This document shows, one piece after another, positions 36,172 to 46,242 of a stretch of DNA of 64,000 bases (positions are counted from its first letter, which is position 1; every line of letters begins with the position of its first letter). The notes under the pieces were generated by a model. The model saw only the letters and a list, made by a program, of their open reading frames with translations. It did no database searches and was not told the origin of the DNA. This stretch comes from an uncultured Microbacterium sp. (GTDB lineage Bacteria; Actinomycetota; Actinomycetes; Actinomycetales; Microbacteriaceae): NCBI RefSeq assembly GCF_913774665.1, contig NZ_CAJYHN010000008.1; one strand, 5' to 3'. A program made the translations under genes and the position numbers.

Positions 36172-36929
36172 TGGATGCCACGACCCCGGCGACCACGCCC
36201 CGACCACGCGCGGCAGCGCCCGGGCAGGGCGCCGCGCAATCCGCCGACGCGCCCGCGCAATCCCGGAGCAAGTCGCAGCAGGCGTACCACTGGATCAAGC
36301 AGCGCATCGCCTCGCAGGACTTCACCCCCGGCTACCGCCTGGTGCTCGGCTCGATCGCCGGGGAGCTCGACATGAGCGTCGTGCCGGTGCGCGAGGCGAT
36401 CCGGCAGCTCGAGGCCGAGGGCCTGGTGATGTTCGAGCGCAACGTCGGCGCGCGCGTGTCGATGGTCGACGACACCGCCTACCGCTTCAGCATGCAGGCG
36501 CTGAGCCTGCTCGAGGGGGCCGCGACCGCCCTGTCGGCCCGCTCGCTCACCGGCGATGATGTGCGCCGCGCCCGCCAGGTCAACGAGCTGATGGTCGAGA
36601 CGCTCGAGCACTTCGACCCGCGCGCCTTCACCGCACTGAACCAGGAGTTCCACGCGATCCTCTTCGAGAAGTGCGCCAACCCGCGCATGCTCGAGCTCGT
36701 GCAGGCCGAGTGGGCGCGCCTCGGCCACCTGCGCGACTCGACCTTCAGCTTCGTGCCGGGGCGAGCCGCGGAGTCGGTGCGCGAGCACGAGAACATCCTC
36801 GTCCTCATCGAGAACGGCGCCCCGCTCGGCGAGATCGAGAAGGTCTCCCGGCGGCATCGCTCGGCCACCCTCGACGCCTACATGATCCACGAGCACCCCG
36901 ACGAGGTGCTCGGCCTGCCCGCTTTCTGA
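36171..36929 (+). CDS. GntR family transcriptional regulator (FadR subfamily)
   Basis: wHTH (AYHWIKQRIASQDFTPGYRLVLGSIAGELDMSVVPVREAIRQLEAEGLV) plus an FCD domain. TGATG overlap with the upstream gene. Confidence 0.85.
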   Translation: MDATTPATTPRPRAAAPGQGAAQSADAPAQSRSKSQQAYHWIKQRIASQDFTPGYRLVLGSIAGELDMSVVPVREAIRQLEAEGLVMFERNVGARVSMVDDTAYRFSMQALSLLEGAATALSARSLTGDDVRRARQVNELMVETLEHFDPRAFTALNQEFHAILFEKCANPRMLELVQAEWARLGHLRDSTFSFVPGRAAESVREHENILVLIENGAPLGEIEKVSRRHRSATLDAYMIHEHPDEVLGLPAF

Positions 36930-37024
36930 TGATCCCGGATGCCGACACCCCGCGCCCTGACGACATCGCCGTCGCGGATCGCCTTGCACCCGGCATCCAC
37001 CCCCTCTTCACCGAAGGAGCACCC

Positions 37025-38545
37025 ATGACCACCCCGCTCACCACCGCCCGCCGAATCCCGGCCGACCTGCCCGAGCGCATCCAGCACTACATCGGTGGTC
37101 GCTTCGTCGACTCGGTCGACGGCGACACCTTCGACGTGCTCGACCCGGTGACCAACGAGACGTACGTCGCGGCCGCCGCCGGCAAGAAGGCCGACATCGA
37201 CCTCGCCGTCGCCGCCGCGCGCAGGGCCTTCACCGAGGGACCGTGGCCGCGCATGCTCCCCCGCGAGCGCTCGCGCGTGCTGCATCGCATCGCCGACCTC
37301 GTCGAGTCGCGCGACGAGCGTCTCGCCGAGCTCGAGTCCTTCGACTCGGGCCTTCCGATCACGCAGGCGCTGGGCCAGGCGCGTCGGGCGGCCGAGAACT
37401 TCCGCTTCTTCGCCGACCTGATCGTCGCCCAGACCGACGACGCCTTCAAGGTGCCGGGTCGTCAGCTCAACTACGTCAACCGCAAGCCGATCGGGGTCGC
37501 CGGCCTCATCACGCCGTGGAACACGCCCTTCATGCTCGAGTCGTGGAAGCTGGGGCCCGCGCTCGCCACCGGAAACACCGTCGTGCTCAAGCCCGCGGAG
37601 TTCACTCCACTGTCGGCATCCCTGTGGGCCGGGATCTTCGAGGAGGCGGGCCTGCCCGAGGGCGTGTTCAACCTCGTCAACGGCCTCGGTGAAGACGCCG
37701 GTGACGCGCTCGTGAAGCACCCCGACGTCCCGCTCATCTCGTTCACCGGCGAGAGCAGCACCGGGTCGCTGATCTTCGCGAACGCCGCGCCGTTCCTGAA
37801 GGGGCTGTCGATGGAGCTGGGCGGCAAGAGCCCCGCGATCGTGTTCGCGGATGCCGACCTCGACGCCGCGATCGACGCGACCATCTTCGGGGTGTTCTCG
37901 CTCAACGGCGAACGCTGCACCGCGGGCAGCCGCATCCTCGTTCAGCGCGACGTGTACGACGACTTCGTCGAGCGCTACGCCGCCCAAGCCGATCGCGTGA
38001 AGGTGGGCTTCCCCGACGACCCCGCGACCGAGGTCGGCGCCCTCGTGCACCCCGAGCACTACGCGAAGGTCATGTCGTACGTCGAGCTCGGCAAGACCGA
38101 GGGGCGTCTGGTCGCCGGCGGCGGCCGGCCCGAGGAGTTTCCCGAGGGCAACTTCGTGCGGCCCACGGTGTTCGCCGACGTCGCCCCCGACGCGCGCATC
38201 TTCCAGGAGGAGATCTTCGGACCCGTCGTCGCCATCACGCCCTTCGACACCGACGAAGAGGCGCTCGCCCTCGCGAACAACACGAAGTACGGCCTCGCCG
38301 CCTACGTCTGGACGAACGACCTCAAGCGCGCGCACCTGTTCGCGCAGAACGTCGAGGCGGGCATGGTGTGGCTGAACTCCAACAACGTCCGCGACCTGCG
38401 CACCCCGTTCGGCGGGGTGAAGGCCTCGGGCCTGGGTCACGAGGGCGGCTACCGCTCGATCGACTTCTACACCGACCAGCAGGCCGTGCACATCACGCTC
38501 GGCCCCGCCCACAACCCCACCTTCGGCAAGGCGCAGGCGCACTGA
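37025..38545 (+). CDS. hpaE: 5-carboxymethyl-2-hydroxymuconate semialdehyde dehydrogenase
   Basis: ALDH family with MELGGKSPAIVFADADLD and SLNGERCTAGSR, set in an hpa gene context. Confidence 0.85.
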   Translation: MTTPLTTARRIPADLPERIQHYIGGRFVDSVDGDTFDVLDPVTNETYVAAAAGKKADIDLAVAAARRAFTEGPWPRMLPRERSRVLHRIADLVESRDERLAELESFDSGLPITQALGQARRAAENFRFFADLIVAQTDDAFKVPGRQLNYVNRKPIGVAGLITPWNTPFMLESWKLGPALATGNTVVLKPAEFTPLSASLWAGIFEEAGLPEGVFNLVNGLGEDAGDALVKHPDVPLISFTGESSTGSLIFANAAPFLKGLSMELGGKSPAIVFADADLDAAIDATIFGVFSLNGERCTAGSRILVQRDVYDDFVERYAAQADRVKVGFPDDPATEVGALVHPEHYAKVMSYVELGKTEGRLVAGGGRPEEFPEGNFVRPTVFADVAPDARIFQEEIFGPVVAITPFDTDEEALALANNTKYGLAAYVWTNDLKRAHLFAQNVEAGMVWLNSNNVRDLRTPFGGVKASGLGHEGGYRSIDFYTDQQAVHITLGPAHNPTFGKAQAH

Positions 38546-38587
38546 TCCGCGCGGCGCGGCGGGGCGCGTCGGCGCCCCGCCCCCGCC

Positions 38588-38666
38588 CGAGATCACACGT
38601 TCGGCTCGAGCGCACACGCCCCGCGCCGCGCAGAACAGGTGCTCTCGAGACGATCGTGTGATCTCG
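38588..38666 (+). other. Long imperfect hairpin between hpaE and hpaD
   Basis: CGAGATCACACG (38588-38599) is the perfect complement of CGTGTGATCTCG (38655-38666). An inner CTCGAG-containing pairing is also present. Confidence 0.6.
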
Positions 38667-38707
38667 CACCGCCCCTCCCCCACCGACTCCCCACGCAAGG
38701 ACGCGAA

Positions 38708-39886
38708 ATGGCAAAGCACACCGAAGAACAGAAGACCTCCTCCGGGTTCTGGGTGACCCAGGAGGCCCCGATCCACTCGAACAACCCCATCCCCACGCCC
38801 ACCTCTCCCGCACCCGACATCCTGCGCTGCGCCTACATGGAGCTCGTGGTGACCGACCTCGCGGCATCCCGTGTCTTCTACGTCGACATCCTGGGCCTGC
38901 ACATCACCGAAGAGGACGACGAAACGATCTACCTCCGCTCGACCGAGGAGTTCATCCACCACAACCTGGTGCTGCGGAAGGGCCCCGTCGCGGCCGTCGC
39001 CGCCTTCTCGTACCGCGTGCGCAGTGCGGACGACCTCGACAAGGCCGTCGCGTTCTACGAAGAGCTCGGCTGCGACGTGCGTCGCGCCCCGAACGGCTTC
39101 ACGAAGGGCATCGGCGACTCCGTTCGCGTGGTGGATCCCCTCGGCTTCCCGTACGAGTTCTTCTTCGACACCGAGCACCAGGAGCGCCTGTCGTGGCGCT
39201 ACGACCTGCACTCCCCCGGCGAGCTCGTCCGCCTCGATCACTTCAACCAGATCACCCCCGACGTGCCGCGCGCGGTGAACTTCATGCAGTCGCTCGGCTT
39301 CCGCGTGACCGAGGACATCCAGGACGAAGAGGGCGTCGTCTACGCCGCCTGGATGCGCCGCAAGCCCACCGTGCACGACACCGCCATGACCGGCGGCGAC
39401 GGGCCCCGCATGCACCACGTGTGCTTCGCGACGCACGAGAAGCACAACATCCTCGCCATCTGCGACAAGCTCGGCGCCCTCCGCCGATCGGATGCCATCG
39501 AGCGCGGCCCCGGACGCCACGGCGTCTCGAACGCGTTCTACCTGTACCTCCGCGACCCCGACGGCCACCGCGTCGAGATCTACACGCAGGACTACTACAC
39601 CGGCGACCCCGACAACCCCGTCATCACGTGGGACGTGCACGATAACCAGCGCCGCGACTGGTGGGGCAACCCCGTCGTCCCGTCCTGGTACACCGAGGGC
39701 TCGCTCGTGCTGGATCTCGACGGCGACCCGCAGCCGGTCCGCGCCCGCGAGGACTCCAGCGAGATGGCGGTGACGATCGGCGCCGACGGCTTCAGCTACA
39801 CGCGCGCCCCCGAGGAGGTCGGCGCCGGGACCGCGGCATCCGGCTCCTCCTCCGCCGGCGAGTTCAAGCTCGGCAACCAGCTCTGA
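38708..39886 (+). CDS. hpaD: 3,4-dihydroxyphenylacetate (homoprotocatechuate) 2,3-dioxygenase, type I extradiol
   Basis: From memory, near-collinear with Brevibacterium/Arthrobacter HPCD/MndD: APDILRCAYMELVVTDL, FIHHNLVL, LDHFNQITPDVPR, GPRMHHVCF, GPGRHGVSNAFYLYLRDPDGHRVEIYTQDYYTGDPDNP, FKLGNQL. Confidence 0.93.
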   Translation: MAKHTEEQKTSSGFWVTQEAPIHSNNPIPTPTSPAPDILRCAYMELVVTDLAASRVFYVDILGLHITEEDDETIYLRSTEEFIHHNLVLRKGPVAAVAAFSYRVRSADDLDKAVAFYEELGCDVRRAPNGFTKGIGDSVRVVDPLGFPYEFFFDTEHQERLSWRYDLHSPGELVRLDHFNQITPDVPRAVNFMQSLGFRVTEDIQDEEGVVYAAWMRRKPTVHDTAMTGGDGPRMHHVCFATHEKHNILAICDKLGALRRSDAIERGPGRHGVSNAFYLYLRDPDGHRVEIYTQDYYTGDPDNPVITWDVHDNQRRDWWGNPVVPSWYTEGSLVLDLDGDPQPVRAREDSSEMAVTIGADGFSYTRAPEEVGAGTAASGSSSAGEFKLGNQL

Positions 39887-40112
39887 CCGACTGCTCCCCT
39901 CCTCACGAACCCCTCCCTCCCACGTCCACCGACCGTGTCCCACTTATGGCGGGTTGAGCGCGTCCCCACTGACCACAATCGGGACATGGACCGATAGAAG
40001 TGGGACGCGGACGCCGTCCAGACCCACCCATGACCCGCCGCTCGCGACCTGGACCCCGCCGAACGGGGACGCTCCCCGCAGGAGGGGGCGCGAGACCGAT
40101 CAAGGAGAACCC

Positions 40113-40898
40113 ATGCTCACCGACGCACAGATCGACGCCATCGCGGCCGAGCTCGCCGAGGCCGACCGCGCGCACGCGGTGATCCCGCGGATCACGGCGA
40201 GGTATCCGGATGCCGTTGTCGAAGACTCCTATGCGGTCCAGGGCCGCTGGCGCGATACGCAGATCGCCGCCGGGCGCACCCTCGTCGGGCGCAAGATCGG
40301 CCTGACGTCGAAAGCGATGCAGCAGGCGACGGGCATCACCGAGCCCGACTACGGCGTGATGTTCGACGACACGGTCTACCGCTCGGGCGACGAGATCCCC
40401 GTCGCGCTGTTCTCGAACGTGCGCATCGAGGTCGAGCTGGCATTCGTGCTGAAGACCCCGCTCGAGGGCCCCGACTGCACGCTCGACGACGCCCTCGCCG
40501 CGATCGACTACGCCGTGCCCGCTCTCGAGGTGCTCAACTCGCACATCGAGCTCGAGGGCCGCACGATCGTCGACACGATCAGCGACAACGCCGCCTACGG
40601 GGCGATGGTGCTCGGCGAGGTGCGCAAGCGCCCCGACGAGATCGACCTGCGCTGGGTTCCGGGCGTGCTGAGCCGCAACGGCGAGATCGAAGAGACCGGC
40701 GTGGCCGCGGGTGTGCTCGGCCACCCGGCGACGGGCGTGGCGTGGCTGGCGAACAAGTTCCATCAGCACGGCGCGCGCCTGGAGGCGGGCGAGATCATCC
40801 TGGCAGGATCGTTCACGCGCCCGATGTGGGTGTCGCAGGGCGACGATGTGCTGTGCGACTACGGACCGATGGGAACGATCTCGTGCCGCTTCGTCTGA
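40113..40898 (+). CDS. hpaH: 2-oxo-hept-3-ene-1,7-dioate hydratase
   Basis: MhpD/HpaH hydratase-decarboxylase family ([32 protein letters not shown]). AAGGAGAA SD upstream. Confidence 0.85.
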   Translation: MLTDAQIDAIAAELAEADRAHAVIPRITARYPDAVVEDSYAVQGRWRDTQIAAGRTLVGRKIGLTSKAMQQATGITEPDYGVMFDDTVYRSGDEIPVALFSNVRIEVELAFVLKTPLEGPDCTLDDALAAIDYAVPALEVLNSHIELEGRTIVDTISDNAAYGAMVLGEVRKRPDEIDLRWVPGVLSRNGEIEETGVAAGVLGHPATGVAWLANKFHQHGARLEAGEIILAGSFTRPMWVSQGDDVLCDYGPMGTISCRFV

Positions 40899-41683
40899 GC
40901 CCGACCTTCCGAGCCGCCCTCGCGGCATCCGACCGCCCTCTCGCGGGCATGTGGGTGTGCTCGGGCAACGCCACGATCACCGAGGTCGCCGCCGGCTCGG
41001 GCCTCGACTGGCTGCTGCTCGACATGGAGCACTCCGCGACCTCGCTCGAGTCGGTGCTGACCCAGCTGCAGGTGACCGCGGCCTACCCGATCACGCCGGT
41101 CGTGCGCGTGCCGTGGAACGATCCCGTGACCATCAAGCGCGTGCTCGACCTCGGCGCGCAGAACCTCATCGTGCCGATGATCTCGACCGCCGACGAGGCG
41201 CGGGCCGCGGTCGCCGCCACCCGATATCCGCCGCAGGGTGTGCGCGGAGTCGGCAGCGCTCTCGCGCGCAGCGCCCGCTGGAACCGCGTCGACGGGTACC
41301 TCGCCGAGGCCGGCGAACACGTATCGCTCACGGTCCAGATCGAGACCACCGCCGGAGTCGAGAACGCCTCCGCCATCGCCGCGATCGAGGGGGTGGATGC
41401 CGTCTTCGTCGGTCCCAGCGACCTCTCGGCATCCATGGGCCTGCTGGGGCAGCAGTCGCACCCCGACGTGGTCGCGGCGGTGCACGCTGTGTTCGCCGCA
41501 GCGAGGGATGCCGGCACCCCGGTCGGCGTGAACGCGTTCGATCCCGCGGTGGCCGAGGCCTACCTCGACGCCGGGGCGGATTTCGTCGCGGTCGGTGCCG
41601 ACGTGGCGCTGCTCGCCCGCGCGTCGGAGGCGCTGGCGGCGCGGTTCGTCACCGGGCGCGGACAGCCCCGTGACAGTTACTGA
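40883..41683 (+). CDS. hpaI: 2,4-dihydroxyhept-2-ene-1,7-dioate aldolase
   Basis: HpcH/HpaI class II aldolase motifs (DWLLLDMEHS, VRVPWNDP, LDLGAQNLIVPMI, RYPPQGVRGVG, IETTAGVEN, VFVGPSDLS). GTG start, overlapping hpaH by 16 nt. Confidence 0.85.
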   Translation: MPLRLSPTFRAALAASDRPLAGMWVCSGNATITEVAAGSGLDWLLLDMEHSATSLESVLTQLQVTAAYPITPVVRVPWNDPVTIKRVLDLGAQNLIVPMISTADEARAAVAATRYPPQGVRGVGSALARSARWNRVDGYLAEAGEHVSLTVQIETTAGVENASAIAAIEGVDAVFVGPSDLSASMGLLGQQSHPDVVAAVHAVFAAARDAGTPVGVNAFDPAVAEAYLDAGADFVAVGADVALLARASEALAARFVTGRGQPRDSY

Positions 41684-41705
41684 GCGAGCGGTCTAGCGTG
41701 GGACG

Positions 41706-42446
41706 GTGACGACTTTTCCGACCCTCCGGGCTCTCGCCGATCGCGCGTCGTTCTTCACCGCCCTTCGTCAGGACGCCCTGGGGCAGGCCGCCGAGGACCT
41801 CGGCGACCACCGGTGGGACCTCGACCTCGGGACCGGAACCTTCGCGTTCTCGTCGACCGTCGACCCGACCCGCCGTTTCGTCTGCGGTGCGCACCTCATC
41901 GCATCGATCGCGCCCGGACCCCGTTCGGTGCTGTGGGGGTGGGCGCACCCCGCAGGAGGCGGCGACCAGGGAGTCGCCGCGCAGCTCCGCGCCTATGGCC
42001 AGGCCCACGGGGTCGCAGAGCTCACCTCTCCCGAGGTGCCGTTCCCCGCGGACGCACCCGGCGACGCCGACTGGATCGCGCAGGTCTCGCACGAGATCGC
42101 CGGAGCAGCCGTCGACATCACCGGGCGCTCCGCGTACTACTCCGCCCCCGCGGGTGACTCCGGTACGCGCGCGGTGCTGCTCCTCGATGCCCCGATGCCC
42201 GCACTGACCGTCGCCGAGGCGATGATCCGGATGCCGCGCATCATGTCGTCCACGGCGCCGGCCGACCCGCGCGGCGCCGTGTGGAACCTCGCACGCCTGG
42301 CCGGGTGGGCCATGACGTGGACCGACGACGCCTTCTCGGGCCTCGTCGTCACCGATTCGTCCGGCACGGTCACCTTCGAGTTCGACGAGCAGGCGCGGGT
42401 CACGTCGATGAAGGCCTCCCTCGGCGGCGGCGGCACCGCCGCCTGA
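41706..42446 (+). CDS. Hypothetical protein (246 aa)
   Basis: Coding-like GC3 and a GTG start. No family confidently recognised. Confidence 0.55.
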   Translation: MTTFPTLRALADRASFFTALRQDALGQAAEDLGDHRWDLDLGTGTFAFSSTVDPTRRFVCGAHLIASIAPGPRSVLWGWAHPAGGGDQGVAAQLRAYGQAHGVAELTSPEVPFPADAPGDADWIAQVSHEIAGAAVDITGRSAYYSAPAGDSGTRAVLLLDAPMPALTVAEAMIRMPRIMSSTAPADPRGAVWNLARLAGWAMTWTDDAFSGLVVTDSSGTVTFEFDEQARVTSMKASLGGGGTAA

Positions 42447-42450
42447 GAAC

Positions 42451-42485
42451 GCGAAAGGGCCGCGCCGGTGCGGCGCGGCCCTTTC
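42451..42485. terminator. Bidirectional terminator hairpin
   Basis: CGAAAGGGCCGCGCC (42451-42465) pairs with GGCGCGGCCCTTTCG (42471-42485). It lies between convergent genes. Confidence 0.7.
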
Positions 42486-42494
42486 GACGGGGAG

Positions 42495-42980
42495 TCAGTC
42501 CTCGTCTTCGTCGTCCTCTTCGTCGTCGTCACCGATGATCTCGATGTCCTCGACCTCGAGCTCGGGCGTGAGCTGCACGTGCACGAGAGCGTCGGGGAAC
42601 GAGGTCTGGCCGGCGAAGACCACGATGATCGCGTCGGCGAAAACGCCCACGCCGATCGCCTCGAGGTCGGTGCGCAGGTCGACGTCGGCATCGAGCTCGT
42701 CGTCGTCGAGGGCGTCCTCGATGTCGCTCGAGATCTCCTCGACGATGGCGCGCCAGCGCTCCTCGCCGACCGAGAGCACGTCCTTGAGGTTGCTCATGAT
42801 CGCGTCGAGGTCGGGCGCCTCGTCTTCGTCGATCTCGGGGTCGAGGTCGACCTCCACCTCGACGCCGGCGGCATCCAGGTGTCCGGAACCGATGACGCTG
42901 TCTTCGTCGATCTGGGCGTCTTCGAGCAGGCCGCTCTCGGTGACGCGGCGGAGGAGGTCGTTCAGCACGGACTCAGTCAT
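42495..42980 (-). CDS. Hyper-acidic hypothetical protein (161 aa, poly-D/E tail)
   Basis: MTESVLNDLL...; the sequence is very rich in D and E and ends GDDDEEDDEDED. Confidence 0.6.
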   Translation of the reverse strand: MTESVLNDLLRRVTESGLLEDAQIDEDSVIGSGHLDAAGVEVEVDLDPEIDEDEAPDLDAIMSNLKDVLSVGEERWRAIVEEISSDIEDALDDDELDADVDLRTDLEAIGVGVFADAIIVVFAGQTSFPDALVHVQLTPELEVEDIEIIGDDDEEDDEDED

Positions 42981-43070
42981 GAGAAAACCTTGCCACGTCG
43001 CACGCGCTCGCGCCTCCCCATTGCGTGCGACGCTCCGTCTGTTCAACCGGCGGCACGCCGTGGTTCACCG

Positions 43071-43955
43071 TCAGGGGGTGGTGGCGCGCTCCGCCGCCTC
43101 GACGACGTTGGTCATCAGCAGGGCCACGGTCATCGGCCCGACCCCACCGGGGTTGGGCGAGACGAGACCGGCGACCTCGGCCACGTCCGGGTGCACGTCG
43201 CCGTACACGCGCGACTTCCCGGTCTCGGGGTCGGTCTCGCGCGTGACGCCCACGTCGAGGACGGCGGCGCCCGGCTTGACGTCGGCCGCTCGCACGATGT
43301 GCTTCACTCCCGCGGCGGCGACGATCACGTCGGCCTCGCGCAGGTGCTTCGCCAGGTCGGCAGTGCCGGTGTGGGTGAGGGTGACGGTGGCGTTGATCTC
43401 GCGACGCGTCAGCAGCAGGCCGATCGATCGCCCGATGGTGACGCCGCGGCCGACGACGACGACCTCCTTGCCCCTCAGGTCGTAGTCATTGCGCAGCAGC
43501 AGCTCGATGACGCCGCGCGGCGTGCACGGCAGGGGCGTGTGGATCGGCGCGTTGACGTTGAGCACGAGACGGCCGAGGTTCGTGGGGTGCAGGCCGTCGG
43601 CATCCTTCGCCGGATCGATGCGCTCGAGCACGCGATCGGTGTCGATGTGCTTCGGCAGCGGCAGCTGCACGATGTAGCCGTGGCAGGCGGGGTCGGCGTT
43701 GAGGCGGTCGATGACGGCCTCGACCTCTTCCTGCGTGGCCTCGGCCGGCAGCTCGACCTGGATCGAGTTCATGCCGATCGCCTCGGACTGCCTGTGCTTC
43801 ATGCCGACGTACAGCTGCGAGGCGGGGTCGGCGCCCACGAGCACGGTCGCAATCCCCGGGACCACGCCCTTCGCGCGCAGGGCCGCGACGCGCTCGGTGA
43901 GCTCCGCCTTGATCGCCGCCGACGCGGCCTTACCGTCGAGAATCGTCGCCGTCAT
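43071..43955 (-). CDS. folD: Bifunctional methylenetetrahydrofolate dehydrogenase (NADP+) / methenyltetrahydrofolate cyclohydrolase
   Basis: ILDGKA...[18 protein letters not shown]...GYIVQLPLP...CTPRGV...[13 protein letters not shown]...[10 protein letters not shown] motifs. Confidence 0.95.
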   Translation of the reverse strand: MTATILDGKAASAAIKAELTERVAALRAKGVVPGIATVLVGADPASQLYVGMKHRQSEAIGMNSIQVELPAEATQEEVEAVIDRLNADPACHGYIVQLPLPKHIDTDRVLERIDPAKDADGLHPTNLGRLVLNVNAPIHTPLPCTPRGVIELLLRNDYDLRGKEVVVVGRGVTIGRSIGLLLTRREINATVTLTHTGTADLAKHLREADVIVAAAGVKHIVRAADVKPGAAVLDVGVTRETDPETGKSRVYGDVHPDVAEVAGLVSPNPGGVGPMTVALLMTNVVEAAERATTP

Positions 43956-44057
43956 GGCATCCCTCGTTCCGTGTCTGTTCTGTCGTGTCGTGTCATGTCG
44001 CCGGCCCCGGTCGCCGTCGGCGTCGCCGCTGCCGTCGCCGCCGCTCGCCGCTCCCCG

Positions 44058-44124
44058 CGATAAACGCTCCGGCGAGTGAGGAACGACGCGGGACGTCGTG
44101 TCTGACTCGCCAGGGCGTTTATCG
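44058..44124. repeat. Hairpin element, family R2 (second copy)
   Basis: CGATAAACGC (44058-44067) pairs with GCGTTTATCG (44115-44124). Inner arms CCGGCGAGTGAG and CTGACTCGCCAGG. It lies between glyA and folD. Confidence 0.85.
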
Positions 44125-44267
44125 ATAACCGGACGCCGGGCACCCGGTCGCCGCGGCTGTGGCCGCACGGGGGCTGCGCCGAGGGCTGGGCCGGGGGCTC
44201 GCGCGGCGGCGAGCGGGGACCGGATGCCGGGACGGGACCGCCGCAAGCGACCCCGCCCCGGCGGGGC

Positions 44268-45542
44268 TCACTGCTGCAGGTCGGGGTAGAGCGGGAACGC
44301 GTCGGCCAGGGTCGCAACGCGCGCGCGCAGGGCCTCGACGTCTGCGCCGGGGATCAGCGCGAGCGCGATGATGTCGGCCACCTCGGTGAACTCGGCGTCG
44401 CCGAAGCCGCGGGTCGCCAGCGCCGGGGTACCGATGCGCAGGCCCGAGGTCACCATCGGCGGGCGCGGGTCGTTCGGCACCGCGTTGCGGTTGACGGTGA
44501 TGTGGATGTCGTGGAGGAGGTCTTCGGCCTGCTTGCCGTCGATCTCGGCCTCGCGCAGGTCGACGAGCACGAGGTGCACGTCGGTGCCGCCCGAGCGCAC
44601 GGCGATGCCGGCGTTCTTGACGTCGTCCTGGGTGAGGCGGTCGGCGAGGATCGCCGCTCCGCGGAGGGTGCGCTCCTGACGTTCCGTGAATTCGGGCGTC
44701 ATCGCGAGCTTGAACGCGGTCGCCTTCGCGGCGATCACGTGCATGAGAGGGCCGCCCTGCTGGCCCGGGAAGACCGCGGTGTTGATCTTCTTGGCGATGT
44801 CGGCGTCGTTGGTGAGGATGAGGCCCGAGCGGGGGCCGCCGATCGTCTTGTGCACCGTGGTCGAGACGACGTGCGCGTGCGGGATGGGCGAGGGGTGCAC
44901 CCCCGCGGCGACGAGACCGGCGAAGTGCGCCATGTCGACCCACAACAGGGCGCCGACCTCGTCGGCGATCGCGCGGAAGGCGGCGAAGTCGAGCTGGCGG
45001 GGGTACGCCGACCAGCCGGCGATGATGACCTTCGGCTTGTGCTCGACGGCGAGGCGGCGCACCTCGTCCATGTCGATGATCGAGGTCTCGGGGTCGACGC
45101 CGTAGGCGACGATGTCATACAGACGGCCCGAGAAGTTGATCTTCATGCCGTGGGTCAGGTGACCGCCCTGGTCGAGGGCGAGACCGAGCAGCGTGTCGCC
45201 GGGGCGGGCGATCGCGTGCAGCACCGCGGCGTTGGCCGAGGCGCCGGAGTGCGGCTGGACGTTGGCGAACTCGGCGCCGAAGAGCTGCTTGGCGCGCTCG
45301 ATGGCGAGCGACTCGGCGACGTCGACCTCTTCGCAGCCGCCGTAGTAGCGACGACCGGGGTAGCCCTCGGCGTACTTGTTCGTCAGCACCGAGCCCTGCG
45401 ACTGCAGCACCGAGACGGGGACGAAGTTCTCGGACGCGATCATCTCGAGGAAGCCGCGCTGGCGGTTGAGCTCGCGCTCGAGCACCTCGGCGATCTCGGG
45501 GTCGACCTCGGAGAGGGGGGCGTTGAAGTACGGATCGGTCAT
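44268..45542 (-). CDS. glyA: Serine hydroxymethyltransferase
   Basis: [26 protein letters not shown] and [15 protein letters not shown] (PLP Lys) motifs. ATG at 45542. Confidence 0.95.
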   Translation of the reverse strand: MTDPYFNAPLSEVDPEIAEVLERELNRQRGFLEMIASENFVPVSVLQSQGSVLTNKYAEGYPGRRYYGGCEEVDVAESLAIERAKQLFGAEFANVQPHSGASANAAVLHAIARPGDTLLGLALDQGGHLTHGMKINFSGRLYDIVAYGVDPETSIIDMDEVRRLAVEHKPKVIIAGWSAYPRQLDFAAFRAIADEVGALLWVDMAHFAGLVAAGVHPSPIPHAHVVSTTVHKTIGGPRSGLILTNDADIAKKINTAVFPGQQGGPLMHVIAAKATAFKLAMTPEFTERQERTLRGAAILADRLTQDDVKNAGIAVRSGGTDVHLVLVDLREAEIDGKQAEDLLHDIHITVNRNAVPNDPRPPMVTSGLRIGTPALATRGFGDAEFTEVADIIALALIPGADVEALRARVATLADAFPLYPDLQQ

Positions 45543-45571
45543 GCGATCTCCTTGACGATGGTTCCGGATGC

Positions 45572-45592
45572 CGCGGGCTCGGCGAGCCCGCG
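45572..45592 (-). promoter_or_regulatory. Hairpin between the ZTP aptamer and the glyA start (candidate expression-platform or terminator stem)
   Basis: On the minus strand, CGCGGGCTC-GCC-GAGCCCGCG lies immediately 3' of the aptamer. Confidence 0.45.
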
Positions 45593-45603
45593 TAGATACC
45601 GCA

Positions 45604-45690
45604 TCGACCCAGGCGTGCGGTCGAATACCGTCAAGCGGTCGCTCCCCGGTGGTTCCCCACCTCAACGCCAGTCGCGACGGTGCCACTTTA
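45604..45690 (-). promoter_or_regulatory. ZTP (ZMP/ZTP, pfl-motif) riboswitch
   Basis: The minus strand reads CCGTCGCGACTGGCGTTGAGGTGGGGAACCACCGGGGAGCGACC...linker...CCGCACGCCTGGGTCG. This matches both conserved sub-domains (GACUGGCG / CCACCGGGGAGC and CGCCUGGG). It lies upstream of glyA-folD. Confidence 0.85.
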
Positions 45691-45855
45691 GCGGGTAAAC
45701 CCCTCCCGGCCCCGCGCGTCGTGGCATCCACCGCTCCTCCACAGGTTCCGCCCACCGGGGTACGGTCCCTCCCGCGGAGTCGCGGTCGCGCCGCCGTCGG
45801 CTCGACGCCGAAGGATCGCGGATGCCGCGGGCCGAGGCCCGCGTAAAATGGCGGG

Positions 45856-46242
45856 GTGACCGACTCCCGCAACGTCCGCGCCCAGGCGCCCCTCGCTCCC
45901 GGCATGCGCCCCCGGCCGTCGGCGTGGGAGATCGGCAGCGTCGTCTGCGGCCTGTTCGCCTTCGTGACCCTCGCGGTCTGGGGTTTCCTGGCCTGGCCGT
46001 TCCCCTGGAACATCGTGGCCGGCATCGGGGCTCCGGCCCTGGCGATCCTCGTGTGGGCGCTCTTCGTCTCGCCGCGCGCCGTCCTCGCCGTGCACCCGTT
46101 CGTGCGCGCCCTCGTCGAACTGTTCGTCTACGCCGCCGCCACGGTGGCCTGGTGGAGCATGGGGCAGGCCTGGATCGGCCTCGTCTTCACGATCGTCGCC
46201 GTCGTCCTGGGCGCTTTGAACGGCCGACGGCGCCTGGCATGA
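45856..46242 (+). CDS. Small membrane protein (YrdB/DUF2568-like)
   Basis: 128 aa with four TM segments ([23 protein letters not shown]..., [15 protein letters not shown]). GTG start. Confidence 0.65.
   Translation: MTDSRNVRAQAPLAPGMRPRPSAWEIGSVVCGLFAFVTLAVWGFLAWPFPWNIVAGIGAPALAILVWALFVSPRAVLAVHPFVRALVELFVYAAATVAWWSMGQAWIGLVFTIVAVVLGALNGRRRLA

Noticed and set aside
36878-39943. 1021-aa minus-strand ORF
   Set aside because: It is antisense to hpaE and hpaD, which have unmistakable family motifs. Its product has no domain-like features.
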